40,000 nt of DNA from Halosimplex rarum (lineage in GTDB: Archaea; Halobacteriota; Halobacteria; Halobacteriales; Haloarculaceae), in contig NZ_CP180412.1 of NCBI RefSeq assembly GCF_047715405.1, positions 4,294,341 through 4,334,340 of the forward strand, written 5' to 3'. The notes under the pieces are model-generated. The model was not told where the DNA came from. It saw only the letters and a program-made list of their open reading frames with translations, and made no database searches. The position numbers and the translations under genes are program-made. Shown here piece after piece: positions 15,738-23,914 of the stretch (positions are counted from its first letter, which is position 1; each line of letters begins with the position of its first letter).

Positions 15738-16127
15738 TGGTGTATTTCAATTATGTCGAGAGTGGTAGAACTTTTGATTTCGATCGTTTCCACACAAAAC
15801 CTCGGAGGATAGGATCGCTGCGCGCCTTTATTTCACTTCCTTAACTAATGGAATCCCTGTTAGGTAGGTATGCATATTGACCAGATAATCTGTTCTCAAC
15901 CGTCACAAGTGGAGAATTCTGATACACTACAAATATTTTTACTGATCTGCAGATGTGGAAATTTGGCCCAATTGGTCTCTTAGTATGAATTCAATCTATT
16001 GTTGTCCATATTGAATTAAAGTGGACAAAGATCAGTTTAGAGCCGATGGATAATTCACACATACCATAATATATTTTATATTAGTTGAGGAAGCTTTATG
16101 GCCATAGATACTATCAATTAGATTGCA

Positions 16128-16985
16128 ATGCGAGAAAGTAATTCGGAAAAGAAGGTTGGGCCGAAGAGTACAAAGAGGAGTTTTCTCAAGAAGGCCGGTG
16201 TAGCAGCCGTAGGACTACCCTTCGCATCAAATGTCGTATTAGCAGACACAAAAGACGAGAAAGATCCTTATATGAAATCGCTGGAACTCCGGGAAGAGAA
16301 TAATTGGAGTGCCAGTCGATGGCACGATTATCTTGAAGAGGAAGAAAAGCTATCTTCAGGTTCGTCTCAAGTAACAGTTTCTAACCCAGTTCCTGAAACA
16401 CCTTCTGAAACACCTTCTGGAACACCTTCTGGGCCTAGTCCAGACAAGCTCGATAGAGTAGAATCGACATTCACATTCACGTATACCAGACATAATGAAT
16501 CAGTCACTCCATTTGATGATATTGATCTGGAGTGGAATCACAAAGCAGGCGACCTCGATGACTATGGGGAAAATCCCCCAGATCTGGCTGGTATATCATT
16601 TGCTAGTAACCACTATGATCGAACTTACGAAGAGGACTGGGTGTACTATGAACGTGGTAATCTCACAAAAGATCCGAATGGGTTTAATTCCAAAGATCCA
16701 AACCATGGGGCTGCCGCCATATTTAAAGACGGTGGCATAGCATCCGGTTACAATTCATGGTTTGGACTACGAGTAGAACCAAACGAGGACCTTAGCCCGT
16801 CTGATCGTGAAATAGAGTTCGATTACGCACACACCTATCCGGTTGGTAAAATCGAAGGGATCTCAATCGGTACCGGTGGAATATCTTTCTCTGTTGCATC
16901 TAAGACAAAAAGATGGGATTATGAAGAAAGCTTCCGTGAAAAAGACATTGTAGATGGAAAAACGACTGATCCAGGTCCCGCGTAG
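16128..16985 (+). CDS. Secreted protein with Tat-like signal and Pro/Thr/Ser linker; atypically AT-rich gene
   Basis: 'KRSFLKKAGVAAVGLPFASNVVLA' looks like a degenerate twin-arginine signal. It is followed by the linker 'PETPSETPSGTPSGPSP' and a globular domain of unknown family. Third codon positions are visibly A/T-rich, unlike neighbouring genes. Confidence 0.7.
   Translation: MRESNSEKKVGPKSTKRSFLKKAGVAAVGLPFASNVVLADTKDEKDPYMKSLELREENNWSASRWHDYLEEEEKLSSGSSQVTVSNPVPETPSETPSGTPSGPSPDKLDRVESTFTFTYTRHNESVTPFDDIDLEWNHKAGDLDDYGENPPDLAGISFASNHYDRTYEEDWVYYERGNLTKDPNGFNSKDPNHGAAAIFKDGGIASGYNSWFGLRVEPNEDLSPSDREIEFDYAHTYPVGKIEGISIGTGGISFSVASKTKRWDYEESFREKDIVDGKTTDPGPA
16395..16430 (+). repeat. 12-bp tandem repeat x3 (GAAACACCTTCT GAAACACCTTCT GGAACACCTTCT) encoding ETPS/ETPS/GTPS
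   Basis: Read directly inside CDS 16128..16985. Confidence 0.9.
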
Positions 16986-17010
16986 ATCATTGTTGTAATG
17001 ATTTAATTAA

Positions 17011-17046
17011 TTTTTTAAATATAACCCGCGGAGATACGCATCTCCG
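17011..17046 (+). terminator. T6 run followed by hairpin CGGAGAT-ACGC-ATCTCCG
   Basis: TTTTTT at 17011-17016 lies 26 nt after the stop of the secreted-protein gene; archaeal terminators are oligo-T tracts. A perfect 7-bp stem lies at 17029-17046. Confidence 0.35.
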
Positions 17047-17399
17047 AGCGGTCAAACAGTCCGACCCCGATCATATTCTCTCGAGATATGCCGATACAAC
17101 CGAGGAGATGTTCAAGTCGATTGGATATTAACCACCGACGTACCCGACAATCCAATCACGTATTCTGGCAACTGTGCGAGATACAGAGCGCGTATGCAGT
17201 ATGGCGGCGTCGGCGGATATCAAGGTGATCGAGTGAGGGGACTAAAAGGTGAATTCTGCAGAACCGCCAGTGATTAGAGTTGGTAACTCACCCGGACGTC
17301 ACTAGATTACAGGCCTCAGTTTGATATGGCGATACGGTAGCTAAAAGTGGCATTTACCTATCCAGCAGTTTTTTGGACACACTACCAGAACCCGTCATT

Positions 17400-17885
17400 A
17401 TGTCGCTCCGAAGTCCCCGTCAGGTTCTCACAGAAAGCGTTCCGATTGCTGGCATTATGGTGTTCTGGCTGGTAGCCTCCTGGATTGGCTCGCACCCGCT
17501 TCTCGGAACTGGAGCAAGGGTTGCTGGTCTGGTGATGGCCCTGATGTATGCCTTTGTTCGGGGCATCGCGTTTACGACTGGTTCCCGCCCGTCACCCGAA
17601 CTTGATGATATCGGGACAGTCCTACGGGTTAATGCACTCGCGCTAACTGCTGCTGCTGCGTGGTTTGTCCTCGCACGGCTGACCCTGATTATCGGACATG
17701 TGTGGAACGACTTGGCACTGCCGGGCTTGTTTACCTCGCCCGCCGACGGGTTTGCGTTCGCGTTCACTGCGACCGGCGTGATGACTGTCATCATGTACGC
17801 CATCGCACTTGGGACTGCCGCCATCCACGATGGATTTTCCCGGGGAGGTACCACGGACCCAACTGTTTCGCCTGCGGACGACTAA
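17400..17885 (+). CDS. Polytopic membrane protein, unknown function
   Basis: About four hydrophobic helices (IAGIMVFWLVASWIG, VAGLVMALMYAFV, LALTAAAAWFVLARLTLIIG, FAFTATGVMTVIMYAIALG). ATG 17400 is preferred over TTG 17373. Confidence 0.6.
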   Translation: MSLRSPRQVLTESVPIAGIMVFWLVASWIGSHPLLGTGARVAGLVMALMYAFVRGIAFTTGSRPSPELDDIGTVLRVNALALTAAAAWFVLARLTLIIGHVWNDLALPGLFTSPADGFAFAFTATGVMTVIMYAIALGTAAIHDGFSRGGTTDPTVSPADD

Positions 17886-17989
17886 ACGGCCATACCAGAT
17901 GAATCTACGGGTTGATCGGTACGTGAGTCCCCTATATTGACCGCATCCAGGGTGAATGTGTCTCCTACAGAGGGTTGCAACAGAGCCGG

Positions 17990-18313
17990 TCATTGACCGT
18001 CCCGGTCGTGATCGCTGTGGCGCAACTGCCTCTTGTCACCCTGTCCGCTCTGTTCGACCGCGGCTTCGAGTTCATCGAGACGCTCGGCGTGGTCGTCGAG
18101 CCGCGCCTCCTGTTCGAGGTCGATACTGAGCAGCGCGGGCAGGAGCGGGCTCTGATGGTTCAGCAGGCCACTCGCGTCGGCGTGCTCCCGGGCGTAGGTG
18201 AACAGCTGATCGAAGCGGGGTTGGTCTTGGCGTCGTAGCGCCTTTCGGAACGTCTGCCAACGCTCTTCGATCGCCCGGAGTGCATCCCGATAGGTAGGGT
18301 TCGTCCGCCCCAT
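17990..18313 (-). CDS. Small helical protein coupled to the RecA-like gene
   Basis: ATG 18313 (MGRTNPTYRDALRAIEERWQTFRKALRRQDQPRFDQLF...) lies 2 nt after the stop of 18316..19290 (TAACGATG). The longer track ORF (to 18595) adds an Arg-rich stretch that is antisense-type noise. Confidence 0.6.
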   Translation of the reverse strand: MGRTNPTYRDALRAIEERWQTFRKALRRQDQPRFDQLFTYAREHADASGLLNHQSPLLPALLSIDLEQEARLDDHAERLDELEAAVEQSGQGDKRQLRHSDHDRDGQ

Positions 18314-18315
18314 CG

Positions 18316-19290
18316 TTATCGCCCGCCCGCGTTTACGGCGGCCGGCCAGGCATCGAGCAGCGGGTCGGCCGTGCGCGTCTGCGTCGTCCCGTCGACGGTC
18401 ACCCCATGCCCGACTTCGTCGTCTTCGTTCTGGGCGAGGCCAGCGGGTTCCAGCCCGATGGTGGCAGCACGTTCGCCGAGGAGCTGGCGCCAGTAGGCGA
18501 AGGTCGTCTGGTAGTACGCCCCGTCGCCGACCGGGTAGACGAGCGTCTCGAACTCGTCGCCGACGAAGCGCGGTCCCAGCTTGGTCTGTTCGCATACGAG
18601 GTGGCGGTCGGCGGTCGTCTCGATTGGCGCGGTGACGCCGTCGTCGGCCGTCCGCGTGACGAGGACGGGGATGTCGTAGCCCGTCGCGTACTCCCGCAGA
18701 CGGGCGAGCCCGCGGGCCTGCAGCATCTCGGCGTGGCGGTCCCCGAGGGTGTCGTCGGCCCGGTACTGCGCGTCGACAGCGGGAGCGACGACGAGCGACG
18801 GCGTTTGTGGGGTTGCGTCGGAATCGTCTGCTGAGTGGTCATTGCGGTCGCGGCGGTGAGTCACGAACGGGTCGGTAGAGGTCGTTGTCTGGATGTGACT
18901 GTTCACGGCCGAGGGCAGGTCACAGAGTGCGCCGTAGTGCTGGTAGGCCGTGAACCCACGGGCGACGTGAATCCGGTCGAGCAGGCGCTGACTCGGGGTG
19001 AGCCGGGAGATCGAGGTCGTGGTCGCGTGGCCGTCCGCGTCGACCCAGAAGGCCGGCCCGTCGTGCATGAGGAGATGGTCGAGGACGAGCGACTGGAGGA
19101 CGGGCACGCCGCGTGACCCGTCGACGTCCAGGAGCGTAATCCCAGGTTCGAGTGAGGGAAGAAAGACGTCCTCGCCGGCTGGGTTGCCCTCGCGAGCGAA
19201 CTCTTGGTTCCGATCGGCATCGCGGACGGGCCGGTCGACCGACAGCCGGGTCGCCATCGAGTCCGACTGCGTCGTAGTGTGCTCTGACAT
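18316..19290 (-). CDS. RecA/RadB-fold protein lacking a Walker A P-loop
   Basis: 'LEPGITLLDVDGSRGVPVLQSLVLDHLL..GPAFWVDADGHATTTSISRL...LLDRIHVARGFTAYQHYGAL...IPVLVTRTADDG' follows the RadA/RadB order (P-loop strand, 'yiDtE', 'l.ri.vara', 'vvvtNQ'). 'DGSRGVPV' replaces GxxGxGKT. Confidence 0.75.
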   Translation of the reverse strand: MSEHTTTQSDSMATRLSVDRPVRDADRNQEFAREGNPAGEDVFLPSLEPGITLLDVDGSRGVPVLQSLVLDHLLMHDGPAFWVDADGHATTTSISRLTPSQRLLDRIHVARGFTAYQHYGALCDLPSAVNSHIQTTTSTDPFVTHRRDRNDHSADDSDATPQTPSLVVAPAVDAQYRADDTLGDRHAEMLQARGLARLREYATGYDIPVLVTRTADDGVTAPIETTADRHLVCEQTKLGPRFVGDEFETLVYPVGDGAYYQTTFAYWRQLLGERAATIGLEPAGLAQNEDDEVGHGVTVDGTTQTRTADPLLDAWPAAVNAGGR

Positions 19291-19315
19291 ATCTGCAAAG
19301 AGGAACGGATTCAGA

Positions 19316-19346
19316 ATAAGCCGTGGCGTGTCCCTTCCGGGTTTCA
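19316..19346 (-). promoter_or_regulatory. 31-bp conserved promoter-region motif, copy 2 (upstream of the RecA-like gene, in the divergent region shared with the SRAP gene)
   Basis: Plus strand ATAAGCCGTGGCGTGTCCCTTCCGGGTTTCA, 29/31 identical to 9435..9465. On the minus strand GGCTTAT ends 25 nt before the ATG at 19290, which fits a TATA box of a leaderless transcript. Confidence 0.5.
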
Positions 19347-19473
19347 GAGAACGGCGACTCGGAGGATCCAGATCGCGGCCCCGTCCTGCGAATTTGTAGT
19401 AGAGGAGTGTCCTTTCCGGAGCGCCTTCCAGGCGGGTCGGGAGTTCAAGCCCACGGAGTGCGTAGACGGATTC

Positions 19474-20163
19474 ATGTGTGGTCGGACATCGCTGTTCATC
19501 CCGCAGGACGACCTCGAAGACCGGTTCGATGCGACGGTCGTCACCGACGGCGGGTACACGCCGCGGTACAACATCGCGCCCGGAGAGTCACTGGAGGTCA
19601 TCACGAACGAAGCGACCGAAGCGATCGATCAGTTCCACTGGGGTCTGATCCCGTCCTGGGCGGACGACCCCGAAGAGGGCTTCATCAACGCCCGTTCAGA
19701 GACAGCGGCCGAGAAGCGCGCGTTCGCGGACGCCTGGGAATCGCGCCCGTGTCTCGTGCTCTCGTCGGGCTTCTACGAGTGGCAACAACGAAACGGCGGG
19801 CCGAAGCAACCGTATCGGGTCTATCGTCCCGACGACCCCGCCTTCGCGATCGCCGGGCTGTGGGAAACGTGGGATGGCGACGATGAGGACGTGTCCTGCG
19901 TGACGATTCTAACGACCGAGCCAAACGACCTGATGGCCCCGATCCACGACCGAATGCCGGTCGTATTGCCAGCCGACGCCGAAGACCAATGGTTGACTGC
20001 GGGTCCGGGCGAGCGGGCTGAGCTCTGTCAGCCGTATCCTGATGGGAATCTAGATGCCTACGAGATCTCGACGCAGGTCAACAATCCCGACAACGATGAA
20101 GCAACTGTGCTAGAACCGCTCGGTCACGAGCAGTCGGGACTGGGGGAGTTCGGATCATCGTAA
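19474..20163 (+). CDS. SRAP (SOS-response-associated peptidase, YedK/HMCES family) abasic-site processing protein
   Basis: N-terminal 'MCGR' with catalytic Cys2. Also 'YNIAPG', 'HWGLIPSW', 'INARSET', 'FYEW', 'FAIAGLWETW' and 'PIHDRMPVVL', all classic SRAP motifs. Confidence 0.9.
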   Translation: MCGRTSLFIPQDDLEDRFDATVVTDGGYTPRYNIAPGESLEVITNEATEAIDQFHWGLIPSWADDPEEGFINARSETAAEKRAFADAWESRPCLVLSSGFYEWQQRNGGPKQPYRVYRPDDPAFAIAGLWETWDGDDEDVSCVTILTTEPNDLMAPIHDRMPVVLPADAEDQWLTAGPGERAELCQPYPDGNLDAYEISTQVNNPDNDEATVLEPLGHEQSGLGEFGSS

Positions 20164-20319
20164 GGTGAGATCTGTTTCGGAAACAGTGGGGTTCTGAAAG
20201 TGCTCCTTTTCTTCGTAGAGACTTGACTGACCGCGCAATTGTAGCCACCAGAGATCTGCTTACGCCTCGATATCCGGGGGAAGAAATATTGGTCTCACTG
20301 CTGTTGTGCATAGATATTC

Positions 20320-22440
20320 ATGGATACGAGGACTGAGAAGTTGAACTCGCTATTGAAAGATGGGCTCTTCGATATCCCACGCTACCAGCGAAGTTATTCC
20401 TGGAAACAGGATCAACTCCAAGACTTGCTGGACGACCTACGTTATCTTCCGGATGGTCGCACCCACTTCTTCGGGAACATCATCCTCGAAAAGCAAGATG
20501 ATCCATTCCGAACCGACAACGGTCTTCAATACGATCTCTTCCACGTTGTGGACGGCCAACAGCGTCTAACGTCAGCAATTATCTTTCTCCACGTAGCCGC
20601 CCAGTACGACGACACAGTTGCAGAAACACTAGACCACGACAATCTAATCTTCCCTGTCGATGAACGTCCCCGACTACTTCCGCAAGATCAGGATAAAGAG
20701 TATTTCCGAGACGGCGTACTCGGAACAGCGCAGATCGACAGACAGACCCCTTCACAAGAGCGACTCAAAGGAGCTATCGAATTTTTCGAGGAGCACTTTC
20801 AGAATTTGGACGACGACGATGAAATCAGGAGTTTGGCCGAAACGCTTCGTTACGACTGCCGTATCAATGTCGTCGAAATCGACGAGGAATCAGAAGCTGC
20901 GTCGATTTTCGAGAGTTTGAACGACCGAGGGCGGCCGCTATCAACGCTGGACAAAACGAAGAGTTTCCTGATGTACATGGACGATCGGTCCAGCAACAGG
21001 GGAAAACTAGCAGAGCAAATCAAGCAGCGCTTTGGCAAGATCTACAGGGAACTGTTCGTCCTCTCCAATGGTCACGAACGAGTCGATGATTTCGACGAAG
21101 ATAGCTTTCTCCGATTCCACTGGGGGCTCTACGATGGATACGACTCTGACGAATATTTTCAGGGCTTCGAGACGCTGAAAACGAGATTACGAGAGCAGTA
21201 CCGAGCCGGTGAACTCGAAGCAGTGCAAGAGGCCATCGATGACTATACTCTCGATCTGCGAGAGGGGGCATCTGCGTTCGCCGCAATCTTCGAACCGCAG
21301 TCGCTGCCCGAAAATCCACGTTCGTCATTGATTTTGCTTCTCGAACTCGGACGGCTCGCGAACGTTCTTCCTGTCCTGATGGCATCCTACTTGCAGTTTG
21401 GTGAGGAAAACCCGAGTGGATTTGCCGATATCGTCGATGCCTGTGAGACGCTAGTCTTCCGGATGTACGGTATTGACAATCGCCGTGCGGATACAGGGCG
21501 GGGTCGGTTGGTTCGACTCGCCCACGAGATCCATACCGACGATTCGCTTGAAAGTGAGGAAGTCGTACTACGAATTGATTCGATCACAGAGCGATACACT
21601 GGAGACGAGCGCTTCGAACGACAACTCCGCGATCCGGAATTCTTCGACAGTAACACCAGCCGAGATATCAAATATCTCTTCTACCGATATGGACAGCAGA
21701 TCGATTCCGAGGCTGGTGAAGAAGTCCTGAAGGATGTCTCTCATATCCTCTCTCAGGAGTTCCAGGTCGAACATATCCTAGCCCGGAAATTACCATCGGA
21801 GGAGATTCCATCGGATCTGTCGGGTCACTTTGATGAACACGTTCACCGGTTGGGCAACCTCACTCTCGCGAGCCGCTACTGGAACAGTTCCTATGGAAAC
21901 TTACCATTTGCAGAGAAGCAACGAGCCAGCGGCAATCGCGAAAAGGACTACGAGTCATCTGCGCTTCGGGTGCAGAGTGAATTAGCGGATTTCGATACGT
22001 TCGGCAAACGAGAAATCGACGAACGGGAAGATACCCTGGTCGAGTTTGCTCTCGACGAGTGGGCAATTTCGCCACCGAAGATCGATGAACCAACTGTCGA
22101 GTCTCGAGAGGAATTTACGGGGTATTTCCCGCCCGATTTCTTCGACCGTCTCTCGAACAAACAAGAAGCGATGTTTCGAGCGCTATTCGAAGCCGAGGGC
22201 CCGATATCGAGCGATGAACTAATCCGTCGCATGGAGGAAGAGTACGATGAATCGGTCGGTGGGAGTACTGGGTTAGCGGGTATCCTCGCTGGGTTGACGT
22301 CGAAACATTCCAAAGAGTTCCGACGCAGTATCATGCCGGCTGATTGGAAAGGCGACCAATACCACTGGCAACTTACCTTCGATGAGACACAGGAAGAGAG
22401 GTTTCGGGAACAGTTGGGCTATGATACTGAGGAGAATTGA
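20320..22440 (+). CDS. DUF262 + DUF1524 protein (GmrSD-type, putative modification-dependent type IV restriction enzyme)
   Basis: N-terminus: 'FDIPRYQRSYSWKQDQLQDLLDDL' and 'DGQQRLTS' (DUF262/ParB-like NTPase). C-terminus: 'FQVEHILARK...HVHRLGNLTLASRYWNSSYGN' (His-Me finger, DUF1524). About 100 aa extra at the C-terminus. Confidence 0.85.
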   Translation: MDTRTEKLNSLLKDGLFDIPRYQRSYSWKQDQLQDLLDDLRYLPDGRTHFFGNIILEKQDDPFRTDNGLQYDLFHVVDGQQRLTSAIIFLHVAAQYDDTVAETLDHDNLIFPVDERPRLLPQDQDKEYFRDGVLGTAQIDRQTPSQERLKGAIEFFEEHFQNLDDDDEIRSLAETLRYDCRINVVEIDEESEAASIFESLNDRGRPLSTLDKTKSFLMYMDDRSSNRGKLAEQIKQRFGKIYRELFVLSNGHERVDDFDEDSFLRFHWGLYDGYDSDEYFQGFETLKTRLREQYRAGELEAVQEAIDDYTLDLREGASAFAAIFEPQSLPENPRSSLILLLELGRLANVLPVLMASYLQFGEENPSGFADIVDACETLVFRMYGIDNRRADTGRGRLVRLAHEIHTDDSLESEEVVLRIDSITERYTGDERFERQLRDPEFFDSNTSRDIKYLFYRYGQQIDSEAGEEVLKDVSHILSQEFQVEHILARKLPSEEIPSDLSGHFDEHVHRLGNLTLASRYWNSSYGNLPFAEKQRASGNREKDYESSALRVQSELADFDTFGKREIDEREDTLVEFALDEWAISPPKIDEPTVESREEFTGYFPPDFFDRLSNKQEAMFRALFEAEGPISSDELIRRMEEEYDESVGGSTGLAGILAGLTSKHSKEFRRSIMPADWKGDQYHWQLTFDETQEERFREQLGYDTEEN

Positions 22441-22620
22441 CGCTCGGTTCGTGAGCTGAACACTCACGACTTATCTCAAGTTCTGGTCTTCTCACCGAAA
22501 TTCACTTCAATCCGATTTTCGGATGCTCCGACCAACCACGATCGCATTGCGAACTGGGCTCCCTACAGACGAAAGCGAACTCCACCTCGTCGGGCTGGAC
22601 AGCGCTCTTAGGACATTTCC

Positions 22621-23649
22621 TCACTGCGTCGCCGACGTAGCGGTCGCATCCACGAGTGCGTACTCCCTATCGCGACTCGTGCCCTCAGCTTTTACCAGGT
22701 TGTATTGGGTCATCTTCGAGAGGTAGGTCCGGATCGTCCGCTGTGTCCGCGGGTCGTCGACGCGGTCACTGTAGTGGTCGTGAATCTCGCTCGGACCGAG
22801 CGGCCCGTGGTCGCGGACGACGTCGTAGACGACCTGCTGGTGGGGCGTCAACGCGTCGAGGTTCTTCTGTTTGATCTGTGCCCGAGCGTCCGAGGCGGCA
22901 TCGAGCAGGAGTTCGTCGGTGATTCGCTCGCGATTCTCGCGATCGGCCTTGCTCGCGGCCGTGCGGAGGATGCCGATCGCGAGCCGGGCGTCGCCAGCAG
23001 CGGCGTCGGCGATCCGGTGAAGCTGGTCGGCCTCGATAGTGTCGGGGTCCAGCCCCCACTTCGCTCGCGCGGCGAGGATGTCGCGCAGTTGTTCGTCGTG
23101 GTAGCTGTCCATCCGGACGTGTTCGCTCGACCGGAGGCGGCTGACTAGCCGTTCGTCGATGCAGTCGAACAGTTGCTCTTCCGTGTTGGCGATACAGATG
23201 AGCGCGAACTGCGGGAGGCTGTGGAGGTCGTAGATGACCGCGGGGTTTTCGAGCTGGTCGACTTCGTCGAGGATGACGACGCGTCGCGACCCATCGTAGC
23301 TCTGGAGACGGTCGACGAGTTCGTCGTGGGGAGTGGACTGGCGGTGGATGTCGAGCGTCTCACCGAGGTCGTCGAGGATCTGATAGAGGGCGCGATAGCG
23401 AGTGTAGTTGCGCCAGCAGTTGACGTACGTCGACTCGACGTCGAGGACTTCCTCGCGGAGGCGCTCGGCGACGAACTTCGAGATACAGGTCTTGCCCGCG
23501 CCACTGGGGCCGGTCACGAGCGCCGTGTTGGCCGGCTCGTCGTTCGTGACCGGTTCGAGCACGCTGGAGAGGTGGTTGACCTCGGCGTCGCGATGCTCGA
23601 CCTCCCGCGGGACGAAACCGGCGCGCAACACGCGAGCATCGCGGATCAT
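22621..23649 (-). CDS. orc1: Orc1/Cdc6 replication initiator
   Basis: 'VLRAGFVPREVEHRDAEVNHLSSVLEP', Walker A 'GPSGAGKT', Walker B 'VVILDEVD', sensor 'ICIAN' and a C-terminal winged helix. Confidence 0.92.
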   Translation of the reverse strand: MIRDARVLRAGFVPREVEHRDAEVNHLSSVLEPVTNDEPANTALVTGPSGAGKTCISKFVAERLREEVLDVESTYVNCWRNYTRYRALYQILDDLGETLDIHRQSTPHDELVDRLQSYDGSRRVVILDEVDQLENPAVIYDLHSLPQFALICIANTEEQLFDCIDERLVSRLRSSEHVRMDSYHDEQLRDILAARAKWGLDPDTIEADQLHRIADAAAGDARLAIGILRTAASKADRENRERITDELLLDAASDARAQIKQKNLDALTPHQQVVYDVVRDHGPLGPSEIHDHYSDRVDDPRTQRTIRTYLSKMTQYNLVKAEGTSRDREYALVDATATSATQ

Positions 23650-23662
23650 TCTGGTACAGTGG

Positions 23663-23824
23663 TTCCGGCTTTGACTACAAAAACATATGCGGGGCGTTTC
23701 CGGGAAAGGGTGAGAGTGGGATATCTGGGTCGGCGATAGGCTCCCTTCTGTGCCGTTTTCGAATGGCTACGGTCGGTGTTTCCCGAAAACCAGTCTTGGC
23801 TGTAGCCGATTTCCGGGAACGGGT
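23663..23824. repeat. TTCCGG-core repeats in the orc1/ardC-like intergenic region (candidate ORB-like or regulatory elements)
   Basis: TTTCCGGGAAAGGGT (23697-23711) and TTTCCGGGAACGGGT (23810-23824) are 14/15 identical direct repeats 113 bp apart. TTCCGGCTTTGA (23663-23674) is 10/12 identical to the TTCCGGGTTTCA core of the polB/RecA-like motif. An inverted-looking TTTCCCGAAAA lies at about 23779-23791. Confidence 0.4.
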
Positions 23825-23914
23825 CGGGTGACGCTCGCGTGTGTTCTGTTTGCGCCCCTGAGGGGTGGGGCGCGTCCTGCCGGAGGCGCCTTCCGTCCAA
23901 CGGAGTCGCTATTC

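Noticed and set aside
18314-18595. N-terminal extension of track ORF 17990..18595 (Arg-rich), and ORFs 18399..18842 and 18406..18834
   Set aside because: They overlap the 3' part of the RecA-like gene in other frames. Their composition (poly-Arg/Pro) is non-protein-like. An internal ATG at 18313 gives a tightly coupled 107-aa product.
23750-23914. N-terminal 55 codons of track ORF 23750..24835
   Set aside because: The sequence is basic and Gly/Arg-rich and covers the intergenic repeats. The ArdC-like homology and acidic composition start at ATG 23915.
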